Shown here one piece after another: positions 62,446 to 64,000 of a DNA stretch of 64,000 bases. Numbering within the stretch: the stretch's first letter is position 1; each line of letters starts with the position of its first letter. The stretch comes from Bacteroidia bacterium (lineage in GTDB: Bacteria > Bacteroidota > Bacteroidia > UKL13-3). Made by a program: the position numbers and the translations under genes. Where the stretch lies: positions 166,244-230,243 of the forward strand of contig OZ257140.1 of NCBI GenBank assembly GCA_965279165.1. Direction: 5' to 3'. The notes under the pieces are model-generated. The model saw only the letters and a program-made list of their open reading frames with translations. It searched no databases and had not been told where the DNA came from.

Positions 62446-63999
62446 TTAAAATGAAATGCTGATTTGGAAATTATAGGTTCTTTCCTGAGGGGCGTTGAGA
62501 TAGTATACATTTTGCGCCTGCAGGTTTCGCGATTGATCGATATTACCTTCACCATCGCGAGCAATTTCAGGATCCAGTCCGGGATAATTGGTAAACACAA
62601 ACAAATTGGTTCCGATAAAGGCAAGTCTTGCTTTTGATATATGTGTTTTTTCGAGGAATTTCGTTGGAATATTATATCCTAGAGTGATGCTCCTTAAACG
62701 AACAAAACTTGCGTCATATAACCACATTGGCGTATTGTATTGCCATTCGTTTGGCAAACCATAGGTAGCAGGATCGAGCGTTAAACGTGGGAAAGTTGCA
62801 TCATCGCCCGGTTTTTGCCATCTGTCGGCAATTTCGGAACGCATATTCCAATAAGTAGTAACTCCCATTTGGCGCTTTGCTGATGCATCGTAAATACTTC
62901 CGCCGAGTTGAAAAGTAAATAAGACCCCTAAATCCCAGCTTTTCCATTGGAATGTATTGGTAATACCACCTGTTGCAAGAGGCAAAACTGAACCAACAGG
63001 AACGCGGTAATCAGGAGACCAAGTATATGTTTGGTTACCTTGTTTATCGAGGTAAACAGGTTTTCCATTTTCTTTATCGACATGGGAAAATCTTACGAGA
63101 TAAAATGTACCTACCGGTTTACCAACAACTGCACGGGTATCGTTGGTTCCACCGCTAACTGCATCTTCTGTATAATTTCCGGTACTGGTTAATTCATTAA
63201 AGTTTCGTGCAATATTAAAATCGGTTGTCCAACGGAAATTTTTATGGTCGATATTTCTTGTCTTGATGCTGAATTCAATTCCTTGGTTGGTTATTATACC
63301 GATATTGTCGTAATAAGTGGAGAATCCATTTGAGGGATCAATGGTTAATTCAGCAATTACATCAGCAGTACGTTTATGGTAATATTCCAAGCTACCACTT
63401 ACCCTGTCGTTAAACATTCCATAATCAAGACCGATATCAAATGTCCAGGTTGTTTCCCACTTCAAATCCTGGTTTTCGAGTTTGCTTGGGTATAAAATAG
63501 GTTGGTTGTTATAGGGTTTAGACGGGTCGTATTGAAAGTAGCCATTTTTAGCGTTGGGGTCAAAACCAGAGTTTCCTGATTTACCATAACTGGTGCGGAC
63601 TTTAAGAAACGTAATGGTTTTGTTTCCTTGTAAAAAATCTTCTTCACTGATAATCCAACCAATAGAAGCTGCCGGAAATAATCCGTATTTATTGTTATCT
63701 CCGAATTTAGAAGAGCCATCGTAACTAAAAGTTAATCCGGCGAAATATCGTCCGTTATAATTGTAATTCACCCTTCCGAAAAAACGTTCAAAAATCCATT
63801 CCTTTGGTATCGTATAACTTTTTACTGCCGTTGGGTTGTTCGGATCCTTTTCGTTGCTTGTAATAAATCCGGTTGTATTTAGTGCATCATTGATAATGCC
63901 TTCCTTGATATTTCGTTGGCGTTCATAGCCCCCCATAAAGGTGAAATGGTTTAATACATTTAAATCATATAGATAATTTATGGTAGCTGAATAGTTGCT
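62446..63999 (-). CDS. SusC/RagA family TonB-dependent receptor, C-terminal part (N-terminus beyond the window end)
   Basis: The frame stays open to the window end. Beta-barrel repeats and a terminal ...NFQISISF aromatic residue. Lies directly upstream of SusD. Confidence 0.85.
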   Translation of the reverse strand, partial: SNYSATINYLYDLNVLNHFTFMGGYERQRNIKEGIINDALNTTGFITSNEKDPNNPTAVKSYTIPKEWIFERFFGRVNYNYNGRYFAGLTFSYDGSSKFGDNNKYGLFPAASIGWIISEEDFLQGNKTITFLKVRTSYGKSGNSGFDPNAKNGYFQYDPSKPYNNQPILYPSKLENQDLKWETTWTFDIGLDYGMFNDRVSGSLEYYHKRTADVIAELTIDPSNGFSTYYDNIGIITNQGIEFSIKTRNIDHKNFRWTTDFNIARNFNELTSTGNYTEDAVSGGTNDTRAVVGKPVGTFYLVRFSHVDKENGKPVYLDKQGNQTYTWSPDYRVPVGSVLPLATGGITNTFQWKSWDLGVLFTFQLGGSIYDASAKRQMGVTTYWNMRSEIADRWQKPGDDATFPRLTLDPATYGLPNEWQYNTPMWLYDASFVRLRSITLGYNIPTKFLEKTHISKARLAFIGTNLFVFTNYPGLDPEIARDGEGNIDQSRNLQAQNVYYLNAPQERTYNFQISISF

Positions 64000-64000
64000 G

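Overview
The window looks like a Bacteroidota chromosome segment (about 40% GC). Evidence for the phylum: a T9SS type-B (CHU_C) sorting domain, T9SS type-A C-terminal domains, a SusC/SusD pair, an N-terminally extended AtpB and DUF4290/DUF2911 genes. Most of it is core housekeeping. That includes leuS, dxr, recA, ribBA, an LptF/G permease, priA, the atpBEFHAG operon, the yceD-rpmF-plsX-fabH-accB-accC cluster, miaA, a TerC protein, lipB and a partial SusC/SusD PUL. There are also secreted peptidases (S9, M16, M48), a 1160-aa T9SS adhesin with 12 tandem repeats, and two tandem T9SS YD-repeat paralogues. Between the core genes the window is unusually repeat-rich. Three small accessory islets each sit at a gene 3' end and are bounded by 40-90 bp direct repeats, and none has an integrase or transposase. 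Islet 1 (about 28.1-30.06 kb) carries a ParE/RelE-family toxin-antitoxin pair and a lipoprotein. Islet 2 (about 48.26-50.19 kb) is AT-rich, duplicates the 3' end of a GH3 gene, and carries an unknown 237-aa protein plus a 161-aa protein with an Rx4H (HEPN-like) motif. Islet 3 (about 51.86-52.90 kb) carries a HigB(Gp49)/HigA(XRE)-like pair. All three share short boundary motifs (GTTTAAGTAC / GTACTTAAAC, CCCT-loop-AGGG hairpins). A 680-bp array of eleven 29-bp palindromic repeats (AATCACGAGCGTGACGCTCGCGAGAACGG) lies at 54723-55400. It looks like CRISPR but has duplicated 'spacers', several of which are degenerate copies of the upstream gene's last codons, and no cas genes. Other repeats are a conserved 3'-end element that supplies the stop codons of two unrelated genes and several families of intergenic 7-12-mer tandem repeats. 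I recognised no rRNA or tRNA genes.
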